Source: Eledone cirrhosa
Lineage: Eukaryota
Reading direction: 5' to 3'
Assembly: GCA_964016885.1 (NCBI GenBank)
Contig: OZ024740.1
Span: 312,604,001 to 312,668,000 of the forward strand
DNA length: 64,000 nt
Position numbers and translations under genes: made by a program. The notes under the pieces are model-generated. The model ran no database searches. It saw nothing but the letters and a program-made list of their open reading frames with translations, and was not told the origin of the DNA. This document shows, one piece after another, positions 24,821-38,818 of this stretch (position 1 is the first letter of the stretch; every line of letters starts with the position of its first letter).

Positions 24821-25863
24821 CTTAATAAATTTATAAATTATATGATGAGCATGGTAGATCGAATTGTCAGCTTCCAGTAAGCTGGTTTCTTTTGATTATA
24901 CTGCTAACCTTGACAAAAGCATGAACACTATACAATCTCACTCCCTCTTTTCCAATATAAATCTGTGGCCCTTATTCTTATGCTATAGTAAGAAATCAAT
25001 AAAACTAAAACTAAAATGACAATTTCTTAGTAATATATTCAATCACAGCAATAGATATTTTTTTTTATATATAATTTTTTCCCTTGTGAATATATGAATG
25101 GAAAATATTATTGTTAATATTATTATTATAGAAATCGTTATAAATTGTTAGTGTTGAAAAAAACACTTTGTGGTATTTTTTCTGGCTTTTTAAAAAATAT
25201 TCTTTCTTCAAATTCTGCTGAGGTCAACTTTTCCTTTCGTTTTTTCCTGGGTCAGTAATATAATAAAGTTTCAGTCAATTACTGGGGCCCATATAGTTGA
25301 CTGTTCCCTTTCCCTAAAACTTGAGGCCTTTTACCTATGTTGTGTTGGAGGCAGTGATAATTTGATTTACATTCAGTCACTGATACCGTGCCTTATCAAC
25401 CCTTCAGCATGTTGTGGGCGACACATGGTGCCATAAGAGTGATCTCCCTTTAATAGATAATGCAGTGTCAAGGGAAACAACTCATAAAAATTACTAGCGT
25501 GGTAAAGGTTTTAAATTATTTAGTTTATTATTATTATTTTTGTGGTGGTGGATGGAAAAATATGATACTTTGCAGTGTTTACCTATATCTTCTTAATATT
25601 CTAAGTTCCAATCCAACTAGGTCAACTTTGCCTTTCATCTTTCTGGTGTCAATAAAACAAGTACCAGTCAAAATATGTGGCCTTATAATAACAAATCTTG
25701 TATAAATCTAATCAGCAAATCTAGTGATTAAAATATTTTCTATAATGAATTGGACACCTAAAATTAATAAATATGAAAATAATCGAAATCAAATTTTTTT
25801 TTCAAATGAGCAGAAACATAAACACAGACAAAAGTATTCTACTTTGTATTATTATTATTATTA

Positions 25864-26350
25864 TTGGATTGGCAGTATCGGTAGAGGGTCGGACGCCATG
25901 CTTTCCAGCATAGTTACGTCCCTTTACGATCTGAGTTCAAATCCCGCCGAGGTTGACTTTGCCTTTCATCCTTACGGGGTCGATAAAATAAAGTACCAGT
26001 AATGCACTGGGTAATTGCTGGCCTTGTGCCTAAAGTAGAAACAATTATTATTATAAAGTACCAGTAATGCACTGGGTAATTGCTGGCCTTGTGCCTAAAG
26101 TAGAAACAATTATTATTATTATTATAGGGCAGTGGATTGGTAGAATCAATAGAGCATCGGACACCATTTTTCATGGCATAGAGTTACAACCCTCTACATT
26201 CTGAGTTCAAATCCTGCCATGGTTAGCTTTGCCTTTCATCCTTATAGGGTAGATAAAATAAAGCACCAGTAATGCACTGGGGTTGATTTAATCAACTTTC
26301 CCCTTCCCCCAGAATTGTTGGTCTTGTGCCTAAATCAGGAACCATTATTA
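25864..26350 (+). mobile_element. Two tandem Nin-domain-like tRNA SINEs (the first has a duplicated 3' end)
   Basis: TGGCAGTATCGG A box, GAGTTCAAATCC B box, central domain GACTTTGCCTTTCATCCTTACGGGGTCGATAAAATAAAGTACCAG, (ATT)n tails. Confidence 0.88.
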
Positions 26351-26474
26351 TTATTATTGTCATCATCATCATTTTAACTTTTGAGTTTTAGTACATATAC
26401 CATCTATAGTATGTTTAGTGAAGATTATAAAGTATGATAGCCGTATTTCTTTGAAATGTTTTAGTTGTGGCACC

Positions 26475-26712
26475 CTTTATAGCTTGTAGCTATATCACTA
26501 ACCTTGGTAACTCTCATAGACCTTTATAGCAGTTATAGCTATGTCATAGACCTTTATAGCAGTTATAGCTGTGTCACTAACCTTGGTGACTCTCATAGAC
26601 CTTTATAGCAGTTATAGCTGTGTCACTAACCTTGGTAACTTTCATAGACCTTTATAGCAGTTATAGCTGTGTCACTAACCTTGGTAACTCTCATAGACCT
26701 TTATGGTAGTTA
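26475..26712. repeat. 49-bp minisatellite, ~4-5 copies with one shortened unit
   Basis: Unit CATAGACCTTTATAGCAGTTATAGCTGTGTCACTAACCTTGGTAACTCT. Confidence 0.92.
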
Positions 26713-26873
26713 TATTTCTTCACTTTTCAATATTCAGTTTAAACACAGTCTGTCTCTTAACCTGTCTCATGCTATCTAACCTTTAAAAAGAACCAATGTC
26801 ATAATGACATTTATTTATCAATAACATATATAGGGATTCCATTTAGTTAGATTGTGGGTGGATAAAGTGCTGT

Positions 26874-26919
<46 letters not shown>

Positions 26920-28679
26920 AGTGTAATAGAAACTCCTTAATGTGGAGGGATGTTAAAAACATATAAAACCAATGTGATGATAACATTTATATATCATTAA
27001 CATCTTGAATGATATAGAATGATTACTTTGAATGTTCAACAGCTTTTCATTGCAATCTTTGACATTCTCCTAACTCCACATATTACATTACATTGTAAGA
27101 ATGTCATTTATCAATGTTTGCAGCTAAACTCATCCAGATTTACATAACCTTTATTCCCTTAACTTCAAAATTGCATAAAGAAAATATTTATATTGTTATA
27201 TTTGGGGTGGGCCATGTTGTCCTAATATCGCCAAAAATAGTAAAACACACTGTTTGGTTTGGTTTTCGTTTCAGTATATTTTTATATTTCTTGGTTGACC
27301 AACAGTTAAAAATATAAATATTTCTCAAAGTTCTTTCATCACACATTTCTGTGACATATTCAGTGATTAGCACTGTTTGCTCTCATTATGTATTATTAGG
27401 ACAACATAACCCTCCCCAAATATAACAATATCTGTTTCAACACACTATTTCATATCAAAAACTTTGCAAAACAAAATATTTATAACTATATTAAAACATG
27501 TTATATGCACTTGTTTTTCTAATGCCAATATGGTAGGACAGTTCTTTAAAATGTAGGGATCATCTCTGTTGTAGTAAGTAGAAATATGTTTTCCTTTTAA
27601 CTCATATAATAGTTACAATGGTTGTTTCTAGAACATTTGGGTCAAAGATATTGTATGTGATTTAGTAATAGAGAGTGCGTTTTTTTTATTTTGCATGAGA
27701 GAGAGAGAGAGACGAGATTGTTGATTGAAATTCTGTAACAAGATAGAATTGCAAAAAAATGAGATTGTAGTTAACCAATGGCATTGCAAGTGGTATTTAA
27801 TAGAGTATGTGTGTGTGTGTGTGTGTTTACTTCTGCACTAGACAATCCATTCGTCATCATCATCATCATTGCTTAGTGAATGAAATGTGCATATGAATAA
27901 AAAAAAAAAAAAAAACTTGTCAGAGAAGTTGGAATTTAATGAAGACAGGGAAAGCTGGAAAGTCTTGGATAGTTGACATGGTTTTGCGGAAAAGGCATCA
28001 GAGTAGATCAAAGTAATGCTAGTTACTCAGTGAATCAAATATTGCTTTTTCTTTTTTTAACTCCTGATTGAGTAGATCTATAATCAAAGATATTACAGCC
28101 ATGAGTATCTCATCTTTTTGTATATCTAAAACTATGTTGTCTAGTGTTTTATTCCATTATTAAACTAATAGGGCAGTATTTGAGGGAGATTGGGGAGCCA
28201 TTTTCATAAAGTCAGATGACTACATAGTGGTTCCCTTGCTGGATTCTTTTGATCAATCAAATGTTGTAGTTTAGCTCCAAGTAAGATCTGATTAGGTAGA
28301 CCTATGATCAAAAGTATTCCAGTTATGGCTATCCTGTGTTTTTGTATATCTATGATGACATTTGGTCAGTGTCTCCTTTCATTTTTAAGACAGTAATGCA
28401 TGATTTCAAGGAGATTTGGCTGCTAATTTTAGCAGGTCGAGTAGCCATATAAAAGCTCCCTCGTTGGATCATGTTAATCAAATTGTTTGGGAAAGTTGCA
28501 TAAAAGCGAGAGTAAATCACTGAAGAATTGAACTAAGGTGAGGTTAAGATGGATAATGGGAGCTTTAGGGAGGTCTGCTGTGAAAGGATAAAATACCCCT
28601 ATAGATGGAAAAAAGCAGCTGCTACAGAGAATTAAACTCTGTACCTCATTCATATCTCTCTCTCTATATATATATATAT

Positions 28680-29198
28680 CATCATCATCAGTTTTACGTC
28701 CATTCTTCCACACTAGCATGGGTTAGATGGGTTGTCCTGCTGTGGGTAATGCCAGGTCAGGTGATCGTATCTTGCTCATACAGAACTGATTTTGGCTTGA
28801 TTTCTACAGCTGGATGCCCTTCCTAACACCAACCTCATTTACAGTGAGTGCTGGGTGCTTTTTACTGTGGCACCTATATTTGTATGCGTATATATATATA
28901 TATATATATATATAGGGTGGGCATCCAGCTGTAAAATACCTAGCCAAATATACAGTGCTCGCCGGAGCAAGGTGCGACACATGGCCAACCCTGACCAGAC
29001 TTGCCTCCTGGCGTGAACGACCCGTCTAACCCATGTAAGCATGGAATAATTGACTTTAAACGGAAATGTTATGATGATGATCATATATATGTACATACTT
29101 ATATGTTTATGTAAAGTGCGTCTGTAAAGTCTGTGTATAGTTACAAAGGTTACAAAGCTGCAAGTATTTTAAATTGCATGTGGACTTTATGGACCCTC

Positions 29199-29235
<37 letters not shown>

Positions 29236-29595
29236 GATAAACCACCTGGTTGTGGTGGGGCTGATAATGTTGTTAGAACTCAATGTGTCCTTGGAAGGAT
29301 GGTTGCAGCAAGATTTGACAGTGTGACCAGTAGTTTTTGTGGTAGGTGATCACTGCCTAAGAAAATCTGTCCAGGTTACAGAGTCATTTATATATATGTG
29401 TTTGTGTATAGAACAGTAAAAAACAGAAGCTAGGTGTGGGTAGATAGGTCATCATCATCATCGTTTAACGTCTATCTTCCACGCTAGCATGGGTTAAACG
29501 GGAGTTGTCCCACTTGAAGCAAGATTGGTTGGGTGACTGTGTCTCGCTCGTATAGGACTATCTGGCAGGTTTTCTACGGCTGGACGCCCTTCCTA
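28680..29595. mobile_element. RTE-tail short elements (28680-28875 -, 28915-29080 +, 29450-29595 -)
   Basis: Shared GGGCATCCAG / CCCATG / (GAT)n tail in alternating orientations. Confidence 0.8.
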
Positions 29596-30593
29596 TGTTC
29601 AAGCATACTAACTTTACACATATGACTATCTCATTTCTTTCTAGCCATTGCATATCTTCTGCAATGAAGTCCTATATCTCACAATGATGTAGTATCAATT
29701 TGTATAAAAACATCATCCAATCTACCCTTTACTCTCAGAGTAAAGGGTAGATTACCTGATACCTGGACACACTGCTTAGTTCATTCTATGAACATTTTCC
29801 ACCCTGTTCTTACATCAACTTATATTGGAGAAAGATTTAAACATTAGCAAGGATCTTGATAAACCAGCACATTGTTCTCCCCTCCTCCCTTCATTAATTG
29901 CACATGTACTCCTCTATCATTCTTTCTATTGTAAATTCAGTGGGTGTTCTTCCTAATCACAGACACTTTATAATGTGTACTTGGTGCATTCTTCATAGTA
30001 CCAGTACTAGAGAGGTTATCATGTCTATAGTGTGACTGAAGAGTCCCCTCAACCCTTTTCGGTATAGCTTTTACAGCAGGATGCCCTTCCTGACACCAAC
30101 CACTTTACAGATTGTACTGAGTGCATTTTATTTGGCACCATCAAGTAGGGAGGTTTTTCAGCCATTGGCTCAACTGAATATCCCTCCTACACAAGTGAAA
30201 CATGTTGGGGGAGGGAGAGAGGGGGCTAAGTAAGAATGATGATAAGTATGATGTCATGAATATGAGAATTGTGGGATTTAAAGGAACGAGAAGTAAATTT
30301 GGGTAGAGTTGGTAGACATGAATGGGTCAGGTCATATTTACATTTAAATATATAGATATTTCTATGTGTGGTTAAACTCTTGAACAATGTTTTAATCCTT
30401 TTGATACCAAACTTCTTGAAACTACTATCCTTGGTTCTATTATACAAAGCCTGTTTGTTTTGAAGTGTTTAAAAACCAAATCTTCCATAATTTATGTAAG
30501 AATCCTATATTTTGTTTGAAACACCTCCTTAATAATGAGGAAGTTACTTATATTACTAAATCCCTACAAATTGATGGTAATTTTCAAAATTAT

Positions 30594-30930
30594 AGTGTCT
30601 TTCATTAGAAATATGGTAATGAAAGGGTTGGTTAAAGAGATAGACAGTGTCTTTCATTAGAAATATAGTAATGAAAGGGTTAATGACATAACAGTATCTT
30701 TCATTAGAAGTATGGTAGTGAAAGGATTGGTTAAAGAGATAGACAGTGTCTTTCATTAGAAATATAGTAATGAAAGGGTTAATGACATAGACAGTATCTT
30801 TCATTAGAAATATGGTAGTGAAAGGATTGGTTAAAGAGATGGACAGTGTCTTTCATTAGAAATATAGTAATGAAAGGGTTAATGACATAGACAGTGTCTT
30901 TCATTAGAAATATGGTAGTGAAAGGGTTAA
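30594..30930. repeat. Dimeric (52+48 bp) higher-order minisatellite
   Basis: TCTTTCATTAG recurs at 30598, 30650, 30697, 30749, 30797, 30849 and 30897. Confidence 0.92.
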
Positions 30931-31569
30931 CTAGTTTTATGTGGAATTGTTTCAAGTTTCTTGTTGAGAAGGTGAAAATGAATGTACTCTCAGGTCTCAA
31001 ATAATAGTATCAGTGGGGAGAGGAGGAGTCGTACATTTTTTTAGGTTGTCTCTGTTGATTTTTTTGAAAACCAGAATTAGTCGATTATTTGAGAGTAGTT
31101 TAACATTTATTTATTCCTAGAGTTACCTTCAAGAAGTTTATAAAAAAGAGTTCAGAGTCATTAGTTCAATTGAATGAGTATATTTTAATCTGAAAATATT
31201 TTATAAACTGTACTGTTGTTTCTTTATACACACATACAAAGGTTTCATTGACCAGTTCCTCTTTAACCTTCAACACGCTGAATTATTTTATAAATTGCTT
31301 CCCTTGATACTGGACTGTGTATTAAGGGGAGATTGCTCTCTTGTCGCAATTTGTCACCAACAACATGCTGAAGGGTAAATGCTTTTCTATTTTTATACAG
31401 TAATAACTATAATACAAAAGGCCTTCCAGCTATATACAGCCATTTTTCTCCAGTGCCTTATCAAGTGCATGTGTACGTTGATGATCTCTCTCTTTCGCTC
31501 ACTGCCTATGTCTCTTTTTCTCTCCCCCTTCTCTCATTATTATCAGCAAATGGGAGCCCATATGCTGGC

Positions 31570-31862
31570 AGCCTCATGGTCCCGGTGGACAGAATAAAGA
31601 AGGCGTTTCCCTGAAAGATCGTGAGGGAGACGCGTTGGAAGAACCATTCCAGCTTGTGAGTTTCACACCTACGAGTAGCCAACACTCTGCCGATGGTGGT
31701 GAATAAAGAGGTGGTCCTAGGGCCAAGGACACCAGTAGTCTCCACTGCTATGGGCTCAATTGCAAATCTGTTGGAGAGCGACTGATATTTAGAGAGTTTA
31801 CCCTCCTCGGCCTGAAGTACAGCTGAGCTTGGGTTAGTCGCAGACTGCACCAGGTTGCCACT
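31570..31862 (-). mobile_element. CRE-clade-like non-LTR retrotransposon 3' fragment (restriction-like endonuclease end)
   Basis: AEEGKLSKYQSLSNRFAIEPIAVETTGVLG...FQRVSLTIFQGNA; homologous to 56280-56830. Confidence 0.8.
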
Positions 31863-32876
31863 AGACTTCTAGTTGCTAATACAATATCAAAACATTAATT
31901 AGAGCAAGTTTCTTTAACAATCTTCAGGTCTTTATCATATTTTAGATATTTCTAAAATAATTCTGTATTTCTTTTGAAAAAAAATTAATAAAAAGAAAGA
32001 AAAAAAAAGGTAATATTACAAAAATAAGAAAAATAACTACCACAAAGCAGCAATGTTTTACCCATATAACCCCCCCCCCCCATCTCTAAATATAGCAATT
32101 ATGTTGGTTTATTTTTTTTGTTATATACTGACACCTATTATATCTGAATGATTTGACTGAAAATATCTTCTTTGATTTTTTTTATTGTTTACTGTAGATT
32201 TGTGGGACATAGTGCAAAAATGTGTTTATTGAGTTGCTTTTTTGTCTATTATAATACAATTTGGTTTATAATTGAAGAATATCTACCACTATGTGGCTAA
32301 TAATTTTTAGTATGAAATGTTAACGGAATCTTTTGGAAAAAAAACAAAACAAACCAAACCAAAAAAAAACAACAATAAAAAAACACAAACAAAAAACATT
32401 GTTATATTGAAATTGATAAATTATAAAGTATGAGTGAATTAATATGTGCCCCCATTGAATGACATGTAACTAATTGAATGTTAGACTGATTAAATAACAT
32501 GGTTCATAAGAATAAAAATAATGATAAGGGTGTAATCTGAACACTGAGAATAATGAAGAATAATGATAGATGAATTCCTTTCTTCCCATCAGTTTCTGTA
32601 AGGAAGTAAGCTGATTTAGTTCTTGGAGGCTGCCAGGAAAATTATTTTTGTAAAAAGTTTAATGGATGACTATTTTTGTATTTTTATATTAATTAGGCCT
32701 TTATTTATTTGTTTATAAACCGAAACTGTGCATTTAATTATGTGAAGCTAAGTTGTTGAATATTGCCACCAGCTTATTAAAGCAATATTCCATAACTATC
32801 TTATTTGACTGCTCTCACCAACTTATGCCTGAACTCTTCAGTAATTTTGGTAATAGCGTTAAATTTTCCTATCTGA

Positions 32877-33200
32877 AGGTGCATGGCTTCATTGTTAGAG
32901 CATTGAGCTTACAATTGATTCCCAGACCAGGCTGTGTGTTGTGTTCTTGAGCAAGGCACTTTATTTTATGTTGCTCCAGTTCACTCAGCTGTAGAAATGA
33001 GTTGAGGCATCCCTGTTGCCAAGTTGTATCAGTTATTGCCTTTCCCTTTGACAACATTGGTGGCGTGGGGAGAGGAGACTGGTATGTTTGGGTGACTGCT
33101 GGTCTTCCACAAACAACCTAACCTGGACTTGTGTCTCGAGAGGAACTTTCTAGATGCAAATCCCACTGTCATTCATGACCAAAGGGGGGTCTTTACCCTT
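32877..33200 (+). mobile_element. tRNA-derived SINE with CORE/Meta-like domain and a non-RTE tail
   Basis: Head homologous to 15366 and 47408; GTTGTGTTCTTGAGCAAGGCACTT; ends CTTTACCCTTT. Confidence 0.75.
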
Positions 33201-33451
33201 TAGTGTTAAATTTTCAATATATTTTAATACTAATGAATAAAGTTGTATGTTCCAAGGTAAACGAAGATATTGAATTTGCGAAATTGAGATGAGCACTATA
33301 TTTATTTATTTGGCAGAATATAAGTCAGTCTTTAGCTTTCCTAGTGATAGATGTCTGTTATGATCTAGTATTAGAGTTATTAGCTCTTAAGGCTGTACTA
33401 GTTAGCCACTTTCTGCAGGTTACACACAAACACACACACAATGTATATATA

Positions 33452-33483
<32 letters not shown>

Positions 33484-34339
33484 CACACATATATATAATT
33501 GTTATTTATATTCCAGACACTAAATTTTTCTGCTCCAACCATAAATCATGCTATCATCTTTGGTCAATTTTTTTTCATCCCCCTTCCTTCAAGTGACTTT
33601 CTGTATTTTCAAGTACTAAACATAATACCTAAAAACGCCTTATCCACCTATGTATTATTTCTTATAAACTATGTTACATTTGAATTACTGTAAGGCAGTT
33701 TCACCATAAACAGTTGACATACACAAGAAAGATTATATTTTTTGAAATAAATTAATTGATGAATGAAATTTCAACTATTGGTCCTAATATTTTCATATTA
33801 GTGGGTTGTTCAGATTGTAGTTTTTATCATGTTACAATTTTACTGCTGTATCATTTTGAAACACCTTATATATATATTTATATGTATGTGTGTGTATGTA
33901 TATGCACACATATATATATATATATGCATCATCATCATCATCATTACCATTTTATGTCTATTTTCCATGCTTGCACAGTTTAGAAGGTTTGTCACATTTA
34001 AAGGCTAGATGACAGTCATGCTCATATGTTCCCTTCTAGCATCGTTTCTATGGCTGAATGCTCATTATAATGTCTATCACCTCATGACATGTATTGAGTA
34101 CATTTTATCATGGCTCCACCAATACCACCTGACAGAGTTGCTTGGGTGCTTTTTATCATGTTTTCATCAGTAGCACTTTACAGAGTTGGGGTTTGGTAAC
34201 TTTTATACATACATCTACATATAGGTATATGTGTGTATTATTGTCATCAGTACTGTGTATATATAGAGAGACACACACACACATACATATACACATAGTG
34301 GGAGTGTAAATGCCGAGAAGGGTTGCATGTTATCCATTT

Positions 34340-34630
34340 GCATACATAAACCTGGGTTCTTCCAAGCATGAAAGAAAAGCTGATTTCACTGCCAAAGCTA
34401 CACCAGATGCTCTGTTACACTCCTCTTCTTTATCACTCCAGTAAAAGGTGTAGCTACTGGCCTCTTCCATAAAATGACTCTCACCCATGAGCCTTGTTTC
34501 TGATAGAGCTGTTATATCCATATTATAACGCTGTAACTCTTTTGCTATGAGCACAGATTTTCTTTATGGACATGTTGCTGTCGATTCATCATCCAATAGT
34601 GTTCGGATGTTCCACCAACTGATATTTATA
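34340..34630 (-). mobile_element. RTE/BovB-like LINE 5' fragment (APE endonuclease N-terminus)
   Basis: WNIRTLLD...LIAKELQRYNMDITALSETR...YTFYWS...GVALAVK. Confidence 0.8.
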
Positions 34631-36409
34631 GTTGTGGTTGTATATCTTCTCACAGTAGCAAGATGCTAACCAGGTTTGGGCTGTGGTGCCTGAGGACACC
34701 TGCTGGGCCAGACCTATTTAACACTCATTCCAGAACTCTTATTGCCATTGGCTTTAACAATGTTATTAGCCTTCATTGAATTTGGATTGCCGTTTTAGGC
34801 TACAGCCAGCCATTATACTATAGTGTAGAAAGATATTGGTGATCAACCAATATCTGTGCTTGAAACTTTTTAAAGTGAGAAGGGCCTTGCACAGGACCAA
34901 TCCCAAATAAATAAATATACATATATTTATACAATGGCACAATTTCTCTAGTATTTATGCTATGATAAACACACCCAGTAAAGTTGTTGGTGATGCAAAA
35001 TATGTCCTGCCAAAGAAACAGTCGAGAGGACCAGTTCTGTCAAAGACATGACAACATCCCTCGTGCTGATGCCATGATAGAGTGCACCCAGTATACTCTG
35101 TAGAGTACAGGAACTTATTTAATGTGATGTGACTCATGGACTCTGTGTTGTAGCTCCCACTGAATACTGATTTCGTCTCTGATGATCTTTCCAACTCTTG
35201 CTAGCTGGGAATATACTTACACATACATACAGATACACACATATATATGCTGCTGATGATGATACATATAAAAAATCTTCCACATGTTCAATGGGAAATA
35301 AGTATAAAATACGATATTTTTGGTATAAACTGCTTGTTCTTTTTAAACAATTGTTTTCTAAATTATTGAGGAATACTTAATATCAAACCTAATCTAGAGA
35401 GTTTAAAGGTGGATTTTATGAAATTCCTTGTTATATTTTTCCATAAATATATTTAAAATTGTTAAATTTTTTATATTTCAGGGTTGAGGTTTTTCAGAAA
35501 TTTAACAGGCTTTGTGTTTTGTGAGGGAGAACTAATATTTTATATGTATATAGAATTATATATTTTGCAGGAGAGTCATAAATTTTATTCATTCTCATAT
35601 TTTTTTTTTCTTTTGAAGAGTCATCATTAAAATGTTCATCTTTATAAACTAGATCATCAAAGTCTAAAAACTAATTTACTTCCATATAGTTCATAAATTG
35701 AAATAAAATAATATAAATTAAAAGCAAAAAAAGTATGACTATATTTGCGAAGTTTTTGCAATATGAGAAATTTTATTGAAAAAGAAACAAAAAAAAAAAC
35801 AAAAAAAAAACAGGCGCATGTATTTATTTGGTTTATTATTTTTCCTTCTGATTTGAATAATTTATTCTTCCATAAATCTCTTCTACTTCAGCAAGATTTC
35901 TCTCCATTTTCCATCCTCTTTTTTTTTTATTCTCCCTTTATTATTTATTTATTTTTTTCTTCTGTGAAATCTATTTTAAAACAATTTGTTTGATCTCGTA
36001 ATTGTTCTTGTAAGCTTACAAGCATTTAGCCTTTGTTCGTTCAAAATTTGACTCTGCCAGAGAACAGATATATTTTGCCTAATAAATTTAATACTATAGA
36101 AGCGAGCAATTGGACTTCCTTTTTTTTTTTCATTTTATCAAGTCTAACCTGGTAAAAGTGTAATAATTTTAACCCTTTAGCATTTACATTTTTGTCAATG
36201 ATTTGGTCTGGAAGAAAGCATTGTCCCCATGATCTTCACTGGAGAGATTGATATACCCTTATTGCAGAAATTGGTGGTTGTATACATGGGTGGTGAAAGG
36301 AGAGATACATGAGTCCAATGTGCCTGAAGGTTCCTGACCAGTCAACTAACTGAAGAAGAGACCACTGTAGTAGTGGTTGAAAAGGCAGTACAAGAAGACA
36401 ACACATTTC

Positions 36410-36741
36410 GTCATCATCGTCATTTTACGTCTGCTTTTCCCTGCTTGCAAGGGTGGGACGGGAACTTATTCTGGCTTGATTTCTACAGCTGGAAGCCCTT
36501 CCTAACACCAACCTCATTTACAGCTGGGTGCTTTTTTTGCCGTGGCGCCTACACGACCACTTTACAGTGGAATGATAGGGACCCCAGTCCCTATCATCTC
36601 ATTTCTACAGTTGAGTAAACTGGAGCAATGTGAAATAAAGTATCTTGCTCAAGGAAACAACACATCACCCGGTCTGAGAATTGAACTCACAACCTTTTGA
36701 TTGCAAGCCCAATGCTCTAACCACTAAGCCATGTGCCTCCA
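36410..36741 (-). mobile_element. Tripartite SINE (tRNA head, CORE/Meta-like body, RTE-derived tail)
   Basis: Reverse-complement copy of 47408-47747. Confidence 0.88.
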
Positions 36742-37463
36742 TTTGTAGATTAGAATTTGGAGTGTATTGACAATCAGTGAGGTGGCCATCTTTTTATTGT
36801 AGTTGCAGCCATGGCTGGATTTAATGGGGGGGCAAAGGAGGCAATTGCCATAGCAATTTATCTGTGCCCTCTGCTGGTCTTATCCCTTTTATATTTTTAA
36901 CAAAATGTATTTAATGTTCTTATTGTGACAAAATTCATCAAATGTCTGGTCCCAGACTGTGACAACCCATGCCAGTGTGAAACGTGGACATAAAATGAGG
37001 ATGGATAGATTTTTTTTAATTTAAAACCTGTATGTATAACTTTTCAATTCCAATTACTGGAGCCAAGTCAAATTTGATATGTAAAATTGGGGGTTTGGTG
37101 TGTATTCTAATTCTTAGTGTATGGGGGGGGGGGGTACCCCCCTCCTCCAATGCCTGAATCCGGAAGGTGAGGGATTCAACACAGAGGTGGTAACAGGTTG
37201 TCCTCCTTGGGACATACTCTAGCATGTTTTGAGAGAGGAATTTTGCTGAAAATAAATCTATCCAAGTCTTTTGTAAAGACAAGGCACATTAAATAATTTA
37301 GTCCTAACATGTCTAAAAAGATGCAATGGTAGTATGGTCATGGCTAAAATACTTTTGATCAATAGCCTACTTCATCAGAGTTGATCTGTGGCTAAACAAT
37401 GATAAAAATAACATACATCATTGTACAAAGATAACAAAAATCATGGATTTAATTTAAAATGAC

Positions 37464-37469
37464 TTTATT
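37464..37469 (-). terminator. Candidate MANF polyadenylation signal AATAAA
   Basis: TTTATT on +, ~820 nt after the stop codon, followed on - by a U/GU-rich tract; repeat-like DNA resumes just beyond it. Confidence 0.5.
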
Positions 37470-38292
37470 ATTTAAAAAACATTTTTCATAAAAGAATTTT
37501 ATCTGAACTCTCAAAATACACACACACATTAAAGTATTCACTAAATAGTTATGAGTATGTAGTCCGGTGATGATATATGAACAACTATTTTGCAGAAGAG
37601 ACAAAACCCTTCAATCTTTTCAACATTTCTTCCAGTCTTCATTGTAATTTTCTGATGTTACACTATGTTCTATAATTAATTTCTCTGTTAAATTAAACAT
37701 AGTTGGAAAATTAAAACCGAAATATTGAAAGAAACATTATTTATGAAAAAAACTAGATCTTTTGAGGGAGGAAAAAATATTTTCACAATGACAGACAACA
37801 AAAGTATTTTTTTAAACTGAGAATTTTCTGTGTGTAGTTTAGTTGTTAAATAGTGTAGGCCACACATGAAATATCCCTGTACTTAGAGTATAGGCCACAG
37901 ACCCTATACGGTAGATAACTTCGAAGTATAGGCAGCAGTAACAATTATACTAATATATTTTGGAGTTTTTCGTCAAGTAGATGAGTGGAGAAAATGAAGC
38001 TAGTTGTAGCAATAAATAGCAACACATTGAAGACTTCAACTAGCTTTAGTTGCTTACAAGTGGCTTTATAGAGAAATCAGAGATCATTTTAAAGAAATAA
38101 TAGATGGAACATTAGAAGAACTTTCAACAACAGAACATTTCTTTTCCAACATTTTGATGAAAATATCTGATTACTTCGGGTTATTTCAAAACATGTGTGT
38201 AGGGCTTGGAACAAAGTTTTACCATATTTTGGTTAATTTTTCACAAAATACAGTGAAGAGGTTAATGTTAAAATTATATAGAGTTTTAGGTG

Positions 38293-38489
38293 TCATAATT
38301 CTGTATTCTGACGAGCAGCATGTGCTTCAGGAGCATATGTTGGCATGAGTTCTTCAATGACTTTGATAAAATCAGATTTTTCAGCACATCCTTTACAGGC
38401 TCCATCTTCTCCCCACTGTGATAATATTTTCTTCAAATCTTTAACTTTCAATTTCTTCAAATTTGTTTTTGCTAAGTCAATCATTTTTT
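38293..38489 (-). CDS. MANF: MANF/ARMET exon 4 (SAP-like domain, CKGC motif, ER-retention-like NTEL)
   Basis: TTTTCAG|AA AAA ATG; encodes [65 protein letters not shown]. Confidence 0.96.
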
Positions 38490-38818
38490 CTGAAAAACAA
38501 AGATAAAAACCCCAGATTAAATGGTTATTCAATAGGAAATAATTACAAATACATTTTCATGCTTTAAATAATTTCATGGATCATAAAATACAAATATAGG
38601 AGTATCTCTGTTCTTAACCCACCCTACCTAACTGTGAAATAGGAATCATATGTTGGTACAGCACACAACTAACTATAACAGTAACACTATAAATGACTTA
38701 CTCTAAACATTGTAGTGATTCTCTCATCCAGTGCTTTACAAGATTGATTTCACATGATAGAAGTATTAAAAATTAAAATTCTCCCCCAAAGTAGTGTCCA
38801 AAAGGGTCATTCCTAGAT

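Noticed and set aside
27897-27915. AATAAA running into a poly-A stretch, suggesting a retrocopy end
   Set aside because: No upstream coding homology or TSD was seen; A-runs are common in this window.
36349-36390. CTGAAGA..ACCACTGTAGTAGTGGTT-GAAA hammerhead-like string (and a weaker one on - at 4830-4865)
   Set aside because: Extra bases or a broken core, and no stem I/III or cleavage triplet; too degenerate to support.
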